A stretch of 64,000 bases of DNA from contig CAVSGI010000018.1 in NCBI GenBank assembly GCA_963727445.1, positions 18,086-82,085 on the forward strand, written 5' to 3'. The notes under the pieces are model-generated. The model was not told the DNA's origin and searched no databases. It worked only from the letters and a program-made list of their open reading frames with translations. Shown piece by piece: positions 49,150 to 59,429 of this stretch (within the stretch, counting starts at the first letter, position 1; every line of letters starts with the position of its first letter). This DNA is from an uncultured delta proteobacterium. GTDB taxonomy: Bacteria; Myxococcota_A; Polyangia; Polyangiales; B10-G4. The position numbers were made by a program, and so were the translations under genes.

Positions 49150-49321
49150 AGGCCGAGCAAGGAGCGTTCCGGCGGAACCTGGGACGCGAGGGGCCCGATA
49201 TGTGGGGAATTGTGCTCTCCGCCACGTGGACTGGGGCCATCAGACCCGGGACAAACGGGCCGAGGTGGCCAGTCGAGCTGCGGTTCGACCGCCCCACACC
49301 CTCACGCCCCCCTTCTCGTGT

Positions 49322-50626
49322 ATGGTCCGCGCGGTGTTGCGCACGGCAGTCAGCATCGGCGTCTTGATAGCCGCGATCCTGGGGACGGCTGGCACGGCCC
49401 ACGCGACCCCTCAGGACATCTTCGGCTTCGGCGCACGCTCCCCCGGCCTGGGCTTCACCGGCGTGTCCTACGCCAACGACTACGAGGCGGTCTTCCTCAA
49501 CCCTTCGGGCCTCGCCCGGGCGCGGACCGACGGCCTGTGGGTGGGGCTCTCGGCGGGGACCTTCCAACTCAAGATCGACGGCAACCGCTACCCGGCGGAT
49601 TCCTCGCGCGGCATGACCATCGGCTTCACGTTGCCGCTGCCCTTCGGCGACGTGCTCGAGGATCGCCTGGTTCTGGGCGGTGGGTTCTTCACGCCCTCCG
49701 AGGTGCTCCTCGCCAGCACCATCAACGTGCCGCAGACGCCGCAGTTCAACGTCCTCGAGCGCACCCAGGCCGCCGGCATCATGGTCGGTTTCGGTTTCGA
49801 TTTTCACGACTGGATCGACGGGCTGCGCATCGGCGCCTCGGTCAGCGTCGCCGCCGACGTCATCGGCAACCTGGTCGTCTTCCTCGACGAGACCAACGCC
49901 TTCAGCTCCGTGGTGGAGACGCAGCTCGTGACCGCGTACGCGCCGATCTTCGGCGCGTCCTACGACCACGACAACTGGGGGCTCGGTCTCACCTATCGCA
50001 TGGCGCTGCAGGGGGTGATGGACCTCTCCATCTCCGCTCACGACCTGCCGATCGACATCCCCGATTTCCACGTGGGCGGGACGGTCCACTACGACCCGGC
50101 CGCCCTCGCCGCCGAGGGCTACTACCGGCCGGTCGACGATCTGCGCATCGCCCTGCAGCTGCAGACGCGCTTCTGGGACGCCTACCCCGGGCCCCAGCGC
50201 CAGGTGACGGACACCAGCGGTCAGCCTCCGAACCTCGGCTACTCCATCACGGTGTCGCCGCGGGTGAGCGGCGAGTGGACCTTCCTGCACGAGCACGGGC
50301 TGAGCGGTGACCTTCGCCTGGGCTACGCCTTCGAGCCCTCGCCGGCCGGACCGGCCCGCATGGTCGACAAGCTCGACGCCTCCGGCAACCCGACCGGTAT
50401 GCAGGTCGCCCTGCGCTACCTCGACAACCACCGCCACGTCGCGACCCTCGGCCTCGGCTTCCGCTACGAGTTCGCCGACGACATGTGGCTTCACTTCGAC
50501 ATCTTCGGCCAGCTCCACGTGCTGATGAATCGCACCCACGACATCGGCCTGACGGACGGCGGGCCGCCCATGCAGACGGGCGGGACCATGGTGGCCGGCG
50601 GCTGGGTGCTGGGGCTGACCTACTGA
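49322..50626 (+). CDS. FadL/OMPP1-family outer membrane transport protein
   Basis: Signal peptide ending AHA; FGFGARS..ANDYEAVFLNPSGL hatch motif; LRLGY; C-terminal aromatic residue. Confidence 0.75.
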   Translation: MVRAVLRTAVSIGVLIAAILGTAGTAHATPQDIFGFGARSPGLGFTGVSYANDYEAVFLNPSGLARARTDGLWVGLSAGTFQLKIDGNRYPADSSRGMTIGFTLPLPFGDVLEDRLVLGGGFFTPSEVLLASTINVPQTPQFNVLERTQAAGIMVGFGFDFHDWIDGLRIGASVSVAADVIGNLVVFLDETNAFSSVVETQLVTAYAPIFGASYDHDNWGLGLTYRMALQGVMDLSISAHDLPIDIPDFHVGGTVHYDPAALAAEGYYRPVDDLRIALQLQTRFWDAYPGPQRQVTDTSGQPPNLGYSITVSPRVSGEWTFLHEHGLSGDLRLGYAFEPSPAGPARMVDKLDASGNPTGMQVALRYLDNHRHVATLGLGFRYEFADDMWLHFDIFGQLHVLMNRTHDIGLTDGGPPMQTGGTMVAGGWVLGLTY

Positions 50627-51988
50627 TGGCGCGCTTCGCAACATCGTCGGTGCTCGCGCTCCTGTCCCTCGGCGCGCTCGCCCATCCCTCGCGTGTCCAG
50701 GCGCAGGCCACCGACAGCTTCGGCCTGAGCTCGCGGTCGACCGCCCTCGCCGGAGCGGTCACGGCGAACGTCGACGATCCGTCGGCGGGCTATTACAACC
50801 CCGCCGGCCTGGCGCGCAGCGACCACCTGCAGCTGCTGGTCGGCTACTTCTACGCCCTGCCGAGCCTGAAGGTAGACGGCGCCGACAGCAACGTCGACGA
50901 CATCAGCGGGATCGTCTTCGGGCTTCAGGTACCCGGGACCATCGGCGGCGTGAAGTTCGCCTTCGGCCTCACCGGTCACATCCCGGACGGACGGGTCAGC
51001 CGCAGCCGTTCGCTGCCGCGCCGCCAGCCGCGCTGGGAGCTCTACGACAACCGCCCCCACCGCACCATGCTCGCCGCGAACCTCGCGATCGCGCCCTTTC
51101 CCTGGCTCCGCATCGGTGGCGGCATCGGCTTTCAAGCCTACGCCGACAACAGGCTCGGCATCGGCGGTGATTCTCGGGCTCCTCGGCCGCGAGACCGAGA
51201 CCGACCTCTACCAGCAGGTGGACCTCTCCCTGAAGACCATCCGCTATCCCACGGCTGGCCTCCAGCTCCAGCCGCTGCCCTGGCTGAACTTCGGCGTGAG
51301 CTATCGGGGCGAGTACGCGCTGTCGAACGATCTGGTCGGCGAGGTCGAGGCCGACCTCCTCGCGCCGGGGCTCGACCCCTTCGCGGGCTACGTCTATCTC
51401 GAGACCGCGTCGATCAACGCCTTCGTCCCGCGCCAGCTCTCCTTCGGTGCTTCGGTGGATCCGCTGCCCGGGCTGATGGTCTCCGCCGAGCTCACCTGGG
51501 TGAACTGGGCGAACTATCGGAGCGCCATCGGCGCCTCCACGGTGCAGCTCACCATCGACGTTCCGCCCTCCCTCGACGGGCTGATCACCGTCCCCGACTC
51601 GATCACGCCGACCATGATGGTCCCGGCGCGCTTCGAGAACCGCATCGTGCCGCGGGTGGGCGTGGAGTACACGCACGAAGTCTCCGACACCTTCTCGCTG
51701 TCGGGCCGCCTGGGCTATCTCTACGAGAAGAGCCCCGCGCCGCCGCAGACAGGCTTGACCAATCTCATCGACTGCGATCGCCACGTCTTCGCCCTCGGCA
51801 TCGGCACGCGACTCGGCATGTTCCGGCCGCTCCTGCCGGGATGGGTCGACGTCGACGCGCACTTGCAGTGGTCCTACCTGCCGGACCGCGACAACGTGAA
51901 GCAGTCGCCGGCGGATCCCATCGGCGACTACCGGGCGGGCGGAGACATCTGGAACGTGGGCGCGACCATCAAGGTGGGGTTCGAATGA
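50626..51988 (+). CDS. Second FadL/OMPP1-family protein (frameshift near 51165)
   Basis: SRSTALAGA..DDPSAGYYNPAGL; RVGVEY, RLGY, C-terminal F. Confidence 0.75.
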
Positions 51989-53058
51989 GGCCGGCGCTCG
52001 CGCTTCGGCTCGGCTTCTTGGGGCTCCTCGCCGCCTGCGGCACCACCGCGCCCGAGCCGAACCCGCCGGGCCCGCTGCCGCATGGCGGAACGGGCGAGTT
52101 CCGGCCCATGACCGACACCGAGACCGGCATCAGCGGCTCGCCCGACGGCCTGTCGCTGGCGGTGCGCACCGGCGCCATCGAGTCGGGACGCGCGCTGTTG
52201 AACGGTCCGCTCTTCCTCGGCTTCGGTCCCGCTCTCGACATGCCGCCCGACCCCGATCCGATGCTGCCCGAGGGTGACGTCGACTGGGACGGCTACGAGC
52301 CGCGCGCCATCTACCGCGCGCCCAAGCGCGAAGAGGAGTACGGCTTCCAGGCGGTTCAGCCGATCCTCAGCGCGACCGAGACGTGGGAGATGGGGGAGAT
52401 CTACTCGCCCTGGCCCATGCAACTCGAGGACGGCCGCGTGCGACTCTACTACGCGAGCCCCGGGGGCATCGGCGTGGCGGAAGCGCCGAGCGCCGACGGC
52501 ACATTCACCAAGATGGGCACGGGCCCGATCATCGCGCCTTCGGGAGGCGAGGCCCCGCGGCGGCCGAGCGTGGTGCGCTCCCCGGACGGCGCGTCGTTCC
52601 TGATGTACTACGAGCTCGCGAATCGCATCATCGCCGCCTCGTCGAGCGACGGGATGACCTTCTCCACGGTGGCTGACCCGGTGGACCTCGGCGCGTTCGT
52701 CCCGCGCGACGCCGAAGACCCGAACGAGATCGGCGTCGGTGGCCCGGGCGCGGTGACCGTCACCACAGCGGTGGAGCGCCAGCTGGTGCGCCTCTACTTC
52801 GAATCGCGCCGCGAGGACGGCACGCGCTACCTGATGATGAGTGGCTCGACCGACGGCATCCACTTCGAGCGCTACGAGATCCCGGTGATCAGCGATCCGG
52901 ACCGCCGTGACCCGTCGCCGCTGGTCGTCGATCTGCGCACGACGATCCTGCACACCCATGCGCCCCGCACGGTCGGCGACCGCCAGGTCCGAGGGCTGAT
53001 CGGGACGGTGGCGCCGCGCACCGTGGTGCTGATCGAGGAGCCGGACGCAGGGATTTAG
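51985..53058 (+). CDS. Lipoprotein with glycosidase-like five-bladed beta-propeller repeats
   Basis: Lipobox LAAC; repeated P...(R/M)LYY...SxDGxxF blades. Confidence 0.6.
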   Translation: MRPALALRLGFLGLLAACGTTAPEPNPPGPLPHGGTGEFRPMTDTETGISGSPDGLSLAVRTGAIESGRALLNGPLFLGFGPALDMPPDPDPMLPEGDVDWDGYEPRAIYRAPKREEEYGFQAVQPILSATETWEMGEIYSPWPMQLEDGRVRLYYASPGGIGVAEAPSADGTFTKMGTGPIIAPSGGEAPRRPSVVRSPDGASFLMYYELANRIIAASSSDGMTFSTVADPVDLGAFVPRDAEDPNEIGVGGPGAVTVTTAVERQLVRLYFESRREDGTRYLMMSGSTDGIHFERYEIPVISDPDRRDPSPLVVDLRTTILHTHAPRTVGDRQVRGLIGTVAPRTVVLIEEPDAGI

Positions 53059-53070
53059 TGCCTGTCGGGC

Positions 53071-53829
53071 TCAGCCCGACTCGAAGCCGCAGTGCTCTCG
53101 AACCTCGTCCTTGGTGTCGAGCTCGAGGAAGCCGGCACGGCACAGGTCGATGGCGCCGTCGATGGTGAGGGCGACGTAGGCTTCGCGATGGACGTCCCCA
53201 CGGATCGGTACGAAGCGGCGCTCGTCTCCGTGGCGTTCGAGGAGCGTGTTGATGGCCTGCACGATGGCCTGCACCGTGACCGTGGGGGTGTCGTCGAGAG
53301 CGCGGAGATCGATCTCGTCGGTGTCGAGGCTCTCGTCGTAGTCGTCGATCACCGCGACCACGTGATCGCCGGAGCGGACCACCAGCGGACCGTCGTCGCT
53401 GCCGATGCGCTCGAGGTTGCAGGCCTCGAGGGAGGGGCAGAGCGCCGCCAGGCGCTGGCAGATGCCGTTGGCACCGATGCGCTGCGTATCCACCATCAGG
53501 AAGAATCGGTCGGAGTAGCGACGGCGCTCGGAGGCGGCGTCGTCACCGTTGGCGTCGTAGTACGCGTCGAGCATGTCGAGATGTCGGCCGGACTCGCTCA
53601 CCGAATCGGACGCGCCGAGAATGCGCCGCAGCTCGTCGCCATCGAGCTCGGAGAGAAGCCCCACTGCGCTCATCTCGTTCACGAAGCGGAGATCTTCGGG
53701 CGCAGGTGCGGGTGCGGGTGCCTTTTCGACGAGGCCGCTCGCGCCGCCTTCGGGGGCGGCTTCGGCCATGGGGGGCGGTGGCCGCGACGGAGAGCCGTCG
53801 CTGTCCGGCTTGGGGGGTATGTACGACAT
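53071..53829 (-). CDS. Hypothetical protein
   Basis: Protein-like, acidic ORF; no recognisable motif. Confidence 0.55.
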   Translation of the reverse strand: MSYIPPKPDSDGSPSRPPPPMAEAAPEGGASGLVEKAPAPAPAPEDLRFVNEMSAVGLLSELDGDELRRILGASDSVSESGRHLDMLDAYYDANGDDAASERRRYSDRFFLMVDTQRIGANGICQRLAALCPSLEACNLERIGSDDGPLVVRSGDHVVAVIDDYDESLDTDEIDLRALDDTPTVTVQAIVQAINTLLERHGDERRFVPIRGDVHREAYVALTIDGAIDLCRAGFLELDTKDEVREHCGFESG

Positions 53830-53989
53830 CGGTGTTCTCGAGTCACCCGCGTGCGGGGCGGAGACAGTGGCCCGAAAACGGCGAGGGCTCAACCCCTCCG
53901 CCGCCTTTCTCATTGACAGGCCCCCCCCTCTGACTGCAGGGAGAAACCGCCCCCTTCTTGGGGCAATTTCCACCCAGGATCCTCCCGAC

Positions 53990-55191
53990 ATGGCCTTCCG
54001 CATCCTCCTCCTCGAAAGCATTCATTCCGTCGCCCGCCAGAGCCTCGCCGACGCGGGGTTCGAGGTGGAGTTGATGGATGGGGCCCTGAACGAGCAGGAG
54101 CTGGCCGAGCGGCTCGAGGGGGTCCACGCGGTGGGGATCCGCAGCAAGACCCAGATGACCCGCAAGGTGCTCGAGGCGGCCGACGAGCTGATGGTGGTGG
54201 GCGCCTTCTGCATCGGAACCAACCAGATCGATTTGGAGTTCGCGAGCCATCGCGGTGTCGCGGTGTTCAACGCGCCCTTCAGCAATACGCGCAGCGTGGC
54301 GGAGCTGGTGCTCTCCGAGATCGTGATGCTCTCGCGCAACCTGGGCGACCGCAGCCGCGAGATGCACGAGGGAAAGTGGCGCAAGAGCGCGGCTGGCGCG
54401 CGCGAGGTCCGCGGCAAGACGCTCGGCATCGTGGGCTACGGCCACATCGGCAGTCAGGTCGGCGTGCTCGCCGAGGCTTTCGGGATGCGCGTGATCTTCC
54501 ACGACATCGTCAGCAAGCTGCCCATCGGCAACACCCAGCAGGCGTCGTCGCTGGAGCAGGTGCTCGAGGAGTCGGACTTCGTCACCCTCCACGTGCCGGC
54601 GACCGCGCAGACCCACGAGATGATCGGCGAGGCCGAGATCGCGCGCATGAAGAAGGGCGCGTACCTGCTCAACCTCAGCCGCGGCACGGTGGTGGTGATC
54701 CCCGCGCTGGCCGCTGCGCTCTCGAGCGGCCACGTCGCAGGCGCGGCCATCGACGTCTTTCCGCTCGAGCCGAAGAAGAACATCTCCGACGACTTCGTCT
54801 CGGAGCTGCGTGGCCAGGGCAACGTGGTGCTCACGCCGCACATCGGCGGCTCCACCATGGAAGCGCAGGAGAACATCGGCCGCGAGGTGAGCGCGTCGCT
54901 CGCCAAGTACTTCATCGACGGTGGCACCACGGGCTCGGTGAACTTCCCCACCTCGAGCTGCCCCGAACGCCGGGTCGCCACCGCATCGCCAACGTCCACC
55001 GCAACATCCCCGGCGTGCTGAGCGAGCTGAACGGCATCGTGTCCGCCGCGGACGCCAACGTCACCGCTCAGGTCCTCGGCACCCAGGGCGAGCTCGGCTA
55101 TCTGATCATGGACTTCGACGGCGCGGTCGCCGAGCAGGTCAGCGAGCAGATGAACGGGCTCGACACGACGATCTTCGCGCGCGCCCTGTAG
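53990..55191 (+). CDS. serA: D-3-phosphoglycerate dehydrogenase, E. coli-type with ACT domain (1-nt deletion in C-run 54946-49)
   Basis: GIRSKT, FCIGTNQ, NAPFSNTRSVAE, GYGHIG, TPHIGGST, HRNIPGVL. Confidence 0.92.
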
Positions 55192-55198
55192 CCAGCGC

Positions 55199-56587
55199 TC
55201 AGAGGACCTTGCCGGGGTTCAGGATCCCCTTCGGGTCCAGCACCTGCTTGAGCCCGCGCATCAGCGCGATCTCCTCCGCGCTCCGCGAGAAGCCGAGCCA
55301 CTCCTTCTTGAGCAGGCCGATGCCGTGCTCGGCGCTCACCGAGCCGTGGTGGCGCTGCACCAGCTCGAAGAGGGCGCGGTCCACCTCGTGGGTGTTCGCG
55401 AGGAAGGCGTCCTTGTCGAGGTCGTCCGGCTTCATCACGTTGACGTGGAGGTTGCCGTCGCCGATGTGGCCGAAGAGACAGACCTCCCAGGTCGGGTAGC
55501 GCTCCGCCATGAGCGTCTCGAAGTCGGAGACGAAGGCCTCGAGGCCGGCGATGGGCAAGGCGATGTCGTTCTTGTGCGGCAGACCCGTCGCCGACAGGCT
55601 CTCGCTGATCCCCTCGCGCAGCTCCCAGAGCGCGCGCGCCTGATCCTTGTTCTGCGCGAGGGTGCCATCGAGGACGAGCTCTTCTTCGAGCAGCCCTTCG
55701 AGCCATCCGGTGAGAGCGTCGTCGTCGGCGCCTTCGACCTCGAGGAGCACGTAGTGGCTCGCGTCGCTCTGCAGGGGCATCGGCACCTTGCGGTGGCGGG
55801 ACAGGCGCGCGAGGCAGGCGTCTGTCAGGAACTCGTAGGCGGAGATGGCGAAGGGGCCGGAGCGCGCCTTTCGGAAGAGAGCCAGCACGCCCGCCAGATC
55901 CGGGACGGCGAAGAAGAGCACGTCGAGGCCCTTCTGGACCGGCGCCAGCTTGAGCGTCGCTTCGGTGATCACGCCCAGGATGCCTTCGCTCCCGATGAAG
56001 AGCTGCCGCAGATCGATGCCGGTGTTGTCCTTTTCGAGAGCGCCGCCCAGGCGGAGGATCTCGCCTTTGGCGGTGACCACCGTCAGGCCCAGCACCCAGC
56101 TGCGGGTGAGCCCGAAGCGGATCACCTTCACGCCACCCGCGTTGGTGGCGATGTTGCCGCCGATGGTGCTCGAGCCCTTCGACGCGAAGTCCACCGGCCA
56201 GGTGAGGCCGTGCGCCTCCGCGTGGCGGTGAACCGCTTCGGTGATGGCGCCCGCCTCGACGTGGAGCGTGGCGCCGAGCGTATCGACCTCGCCCAGGGCG
56301 CGCATCCGTTCGAGGGAGAGCACCACCTCTCCGCGGCGCGCGACCGCGCCGCCCGCGAGCCCGGTGCGGCCGCCGGAAGGGACCACCGGCACCGAAGCCG
56401 CGTTGCACCGTGCGAGGATCGCGGCGACCTCGGCGGTCGAGCGCGGGCGGGCGAGGAGCGCCGCGTGCGGTTCGTAGACCCGCGTCCAATCACGGCCGTA
56501 GGTCGCGAGGTCGTCCGGGTCGTCGCTCAGCGCATCGTCGGGCAGGCCTTCGCCGAGCGACGCTCGAAATCCCTCCGGCAGGCTCAA
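55199..56587 (-). CDS. FAD-linked oxidase, D-2-hydroxyglutarate dehydrogenase-like
   Basis: PSGGRTGL, GGNIATNAGG, FIGSEG.LG, FGHIGDGNLHVN, SAEHGIGLLK, DPKGILNPGK. Confidence 0.85.
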   Translation of the reverse strand: MSLPEGFRASLGEGLPDDALSDDPDDLATYGRDWTRVYEPHAALLARPRSTAEVAAILARCNAASVPVVPSGGRTGLAGGAVARRGEVVLSLERMRALGEVDTLGATLHVEAGAITEAVHRHAEAHGLTWPVDFASKGSSTIGGNIATNAGGVKVIRFGLTRSWVLGLTVVTAKGEILRLGGALEKDNTGIDLRQLFIGSEGILGVITEATLKLAPVQKGLDVLFFAVPDLAGVLALFRKARSGPFAISAYEFLTDACLARLSRHRKVPMPLQSDASHYVLLEVEGADDDALTGWLEGLLEEELVLDGTLAQNKDQARALWELREGISESLSATGLPHKNDIALPIAGLEAFVSDFETLMAERYPTWEVCLFGHIGDGNLHVNVMKPDDLDKDAFLANTHEVDRALFELVQRHHGSVSAEHGIGLLKKEWLGFSRSAEEIALMRGLKQVLDPKGILNPGKVL

Positions 56588-57804
56588 GGCTCCTCCGTCG
56601 CACGAGTGCTCGCGCTCGCGGCGAAGATCATGTCGTGGGAGACGATCTCCGCGAGGGTCTCGGCCGAGGGCTCGCCCACGATCGCGATGCGGGCGCACGC
56701 CGCCTCGCCTCCGGAGAAGACGATGTTCTGCATCTCCTGCACGTTGATCTCCGCGCGGCGCAGCACGTCGAGGACGTGGGCCAGCACGCCGACGCGATCC
56801 GCGTGACGGATCACCAGCACGTGCGTCGCTTCGGACTGCTGCGCGAGGTTCACGCAGTTGGGGATCGGCAGGCCGCGGCCGTAGGCATCCACGATGCGCA
56901 GCACCTCTTCGGCGACGGCCTCCTCGGCTTCGACGGTGCTCGCGCCGATGTGATGCGTGCCGTAGACGCCCGGCTCCCGCGCGATGGCGCTGTCGAAGTC
57001 GGCCTGCCCCGAGGCGGGCTCGTCGGCGAAGACGTCCAGGCCGGCCATCAGACGCTCGCTCTGGACAGCGCCCAACAGGGCGTCCTGATCGACCACCTCG
57101 CCGCGGCTGGTGTTGATGAAGAAGGCGCCGGGGCGCATCGCGTCGAAGACGCTCTGGCCGATGCGCCCCCGGGTCTCGGGGGTGAGCGCCAGGTGGACGC
57201 TGACCGCATCGCCGAGGGAGGCGGCCTCCTCCGGCGTCTGCGCGCGGACGATCCCCAGCTCCTGTGCGGCTTCGGGCGTGAGGCTCCGCGACCAGCCCAC
57301 GACCTGCATGCCGAGCGCCTTGGCGCGAACGATCACCTCGCGCCCGATGGTGCCGCAGCCCAGCACCGACAGGGTGCGGCCCCTCAGGCCGCGGGCGCCG
57401 CCGAAGCGCTTCTTGTCCCAGTGGCCCTCTCTCAGGCGTGCGACGTTGTCGGCGATGCGGCGATCGAGGTTGATCAGATGCCCGATGGCGAGCTCGGCGA
57501 CCGCCGCTGCGTTCTTGCCCGGGCAGTTGGCCACGTAGACGCCGCGCGCCGAGGCGGCCTCGAGGTCGATGGTGTTCACGCCGGCACCCGCGCGAATGAT
57601 CAGCGACAGGCTCGGCGCGGCGGAGACGTCGGCCTCGGTGACCTTGGTGCTGCGGACGATCAGCACCTCTGCATCCGACGCGGCGAGGCGCGCCGTGAGC
57701 TCCGCGTCCGAAAGGGTCGGTTCGACTTCCACCTCCGCCCCCAGGTCCTGGAGTCGGCCCGGAACGAAGGAAGCCAGCTTGTCGGCGACCAGCACGCGCA
57801 TCAT
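56584..57804 (-). CDS. Second phosphoglycerate/2-hydroxyacid dehydrogenase with ACT domain
   Basis: RAGAGVNTID, NAAAVAE, GCGTIG, NTSRG, HHIGAST, HADRVGVLA. Confidence 0.85.
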   Translation of the reverse strand: MMRVLVADKLASFVPGRLQDLGAEVEVEPTLSDAELTARLAASDAEVLIVRSTKVTEADVSAAPSLSLIIRAGAGVNTIDLEAASARGVYVANCPGKNAAAVAELAIGHLINLDRRIADNVARLREGHWDKKRFGGARGLRGRTLSVLGCGTIGREVIVRAKALGMQVVGWSRSLTPEAAQELGIVRAQTPEEAASLGDAVSVHLALTPETRGRIGQSVFDAMRPGAFFINTSRGEVVDQDALLGAVQSERLMAGLDVFADEPASGQADFDSAIAREPGVYGTHHIGASTVEAEEAVAEEVLRIVDAYGRGLPIPNCVNLAQQSEATHVLVIRHADRVGVLAHVLDVLRRAEINVQEMQNIVFSGGEAACARIAIVGEPSAETLAEIVSHDMIFAASASTRATEEP

Positions 57805-58416
57805 CTAACTCCCCGCTTCGTCGTTTCGGCAGAGCACGAACCACACGTTCATGATCTTTCCCCGGCGGCTCGCCCGCCCGATCGACACGTGCTCGCTCAC
57901 GCCGCGCACCACGTCCTGGGTGCCGTTGTAGACGAAGAAGGACAGGCGTGCATCGTTCGGCAGGATCTCGGGCCAGTGGTCGGGCCGCCGGGGAGGCACC
58001 CGCAGGTAGTCGACCAGGATCTCGTCTTCGCCGTGGTTCGCCGCCACGAAGAAGCCGGGGCCGACGACGGTCTCCACGAAGCCGTTGTTGCGGTTGTAGC
58101 CCCAGAGCTCTCCGCGGCCACGTGCCTCCTCGTCGTCCGGGCGACAGAAGACCTTGGCGAAGCGCGTGAAGGCCGGCAGGGTGTTCCGGCCTTCGAAGAC
58201 GACCTCCGTGAACGCGGGGTGGGATGGCGGTACGAAGTCCTCGACCCGGATCCGCCGGTGTCCGGCGGCGGCTTCGAAGAGCCGGCGCTGCTGCTGCCGG
58301 CCGAGGGAGGTGACCTCTCGAATGCGGTCCTCGTTCGACAGTCCGTCGAGCAGCTCCTCGATCGCGCCGAGGTCGAGCTCGGGTGCGTCGAACATCTGGC
58401 GGAGGCGGTCGGGCAT
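57805..58416 (-). CDS. Hypothetical protein
   Basis: Protein-like ORF directly upstream of the dehydrogenase pair. Confidence 0.6.
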   Translation of the reverse strand: MPDRLRQMFDAPELDLGAIEELLDGLSNEDRIREVTSLGRQQQRRLFEAAAGHRRIRVEDFVPPSHPAFTEVVFEGRNTLPAFTRFAKVFCRPDDEEARGRGELWGYNRNNGFVETVVGPGFFVAANHGEDEILVDYLRVPPRRPDHWPEILPNDARLSFFVYNGTQDVVRGVSEHVSIGRASRRGKIMNVWFVLCRNDEAGS

Positions 58417-58466
58417 CTCGGCCAGGGATATAGCATCTCGTCCACCAGGCGGTCCTGGCGGCCGTT

Positions 58467-59429
58467 TCAGGGCAGTAAGGACGAGAGCAGCGGCGCGAGG
58501 CGGGCGGGATCGCGGCACGCCTGCGTCGGGCCTTCGAGCCACGCCGAGCGCGCGTCGTCGTCGACCTGGACGAGGGTCGTTTCGGGGGCCTCGTCGCTCG
58601 GCGCGCCGATCACCGCGTGCAGCGCCGCCGTTCCGTGGGTGAAGGTATAGCCGCATCCGCCGCTCGGCCGCTCCTCGCCCGTGCCCGCGCGTCCCTCGCT
58701 CGCGCGCACGTCGGGTCCGCACGCCGCGGCCACGTCGCTGGGCAACAGGATGTAGCGCGCGCAGCCGCCGGCGGGCAGCTCGGGGCCGCCCGCGACGCGG
58801 TAGCCGACGACGCGCTCGCTCCAATCAGCGGCGAGCGCGCCAGGGGAGGGCGCCGGGCGGAAGACGCCGCGCTCGCTCACCTGGCCGAGACCGCTGCAGT
58901 ACACCTCGTCGCGGGTGTGGGTGGTCTCGGTCGGGAAGGGCGCGCCCGCGGGGTAGTGGCAGCGGCGGGTCAACGTCGCGCAGGGACCGACCGCGTGCCC
59001 TGCGACCTCCTGGCTCTCGCCCACCTGCCGTACCTCCACGTCGCATCGCACCTCGACGTCGCGTTCGGCCAGCGCGTAGTCGTAGCGAGCGCCCGCCACG
59101 AGGGGTGCGCGAAGGACCGGGCTCAGGTGTCGGCCCTCTGGCGTCACCAGGAACACGCCCTCGTCGCTCGCGGCGAATCGCTCGGCGTGAACGTGCCCGG
59201 TGCCGTGGACGACGCGCGCTCCCGACGCCGCGTCGACGCCGGTCACGCCTTCGAGGCGGATGGAGCCGTCATCGGCCTCGATGCGCCACCTGTCCCCCGG
59301 CTGAAGCGGAAAGAACGGCGCCACCGCGAGCCCCTCGTCGGCCGCCGCGCGGGCCGGGGCAGGCGCCTGCTCTTCGCTCTGTCCCTCGTCGCAGGCGACG
59401 AGCATCAGCGCGAGCAGGAGCGTCCTCAT
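58467..59429 (-). CDS. Hypothetical lipoprotein
   Basis: Lipobox LVAC; FFPLQPGDRW. Confidence 0.6.
   Translation of the reverse strand: MRTLLLALMLVACDEGQSEEQAPAPARAAADEGLAVAPFFPLQPGDRWRIEADDGSIRLEGVTGVDAASGARVVHGTGHVHAERFAASDEGVFLVTPEGRHLSPVLRAPLVAGARYDYALAERDVEVRCDVEVRQVGESQEVAGHAVGPCATLTRRCHYPAGAPFPTETTHTRDEVYCSGLGQVSERGVFRPAPSPGALAADWSERVVGYRVAGGPELPAGGCARYILLPSDVAAACGPDVRASEGRAGTGEERPSGGCGYTFTHGTAALHAVIGAPSDEAPETTLVQVDDDARSAWLEGPTQACRDPARLAPLLSSLLP

Noticed and set aside
50485..53058. Apparent 857-aa FadL-lipoprotein fusion
   Set aside because: Produced by the frameshift near 51165; the lipoprotein has its own ATG and lipobox at 51985
53913..53918. TTGACA upstream of serA
   Set aside because: No convincing -10 hexamer at 16-18 bp spacing
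55199..57844. 881-aa ORF for the FAD oxidase
   Set aside because: The N-terminal half is an off-frame overlap of the upstream dehydrogenase; the real start is about 56587
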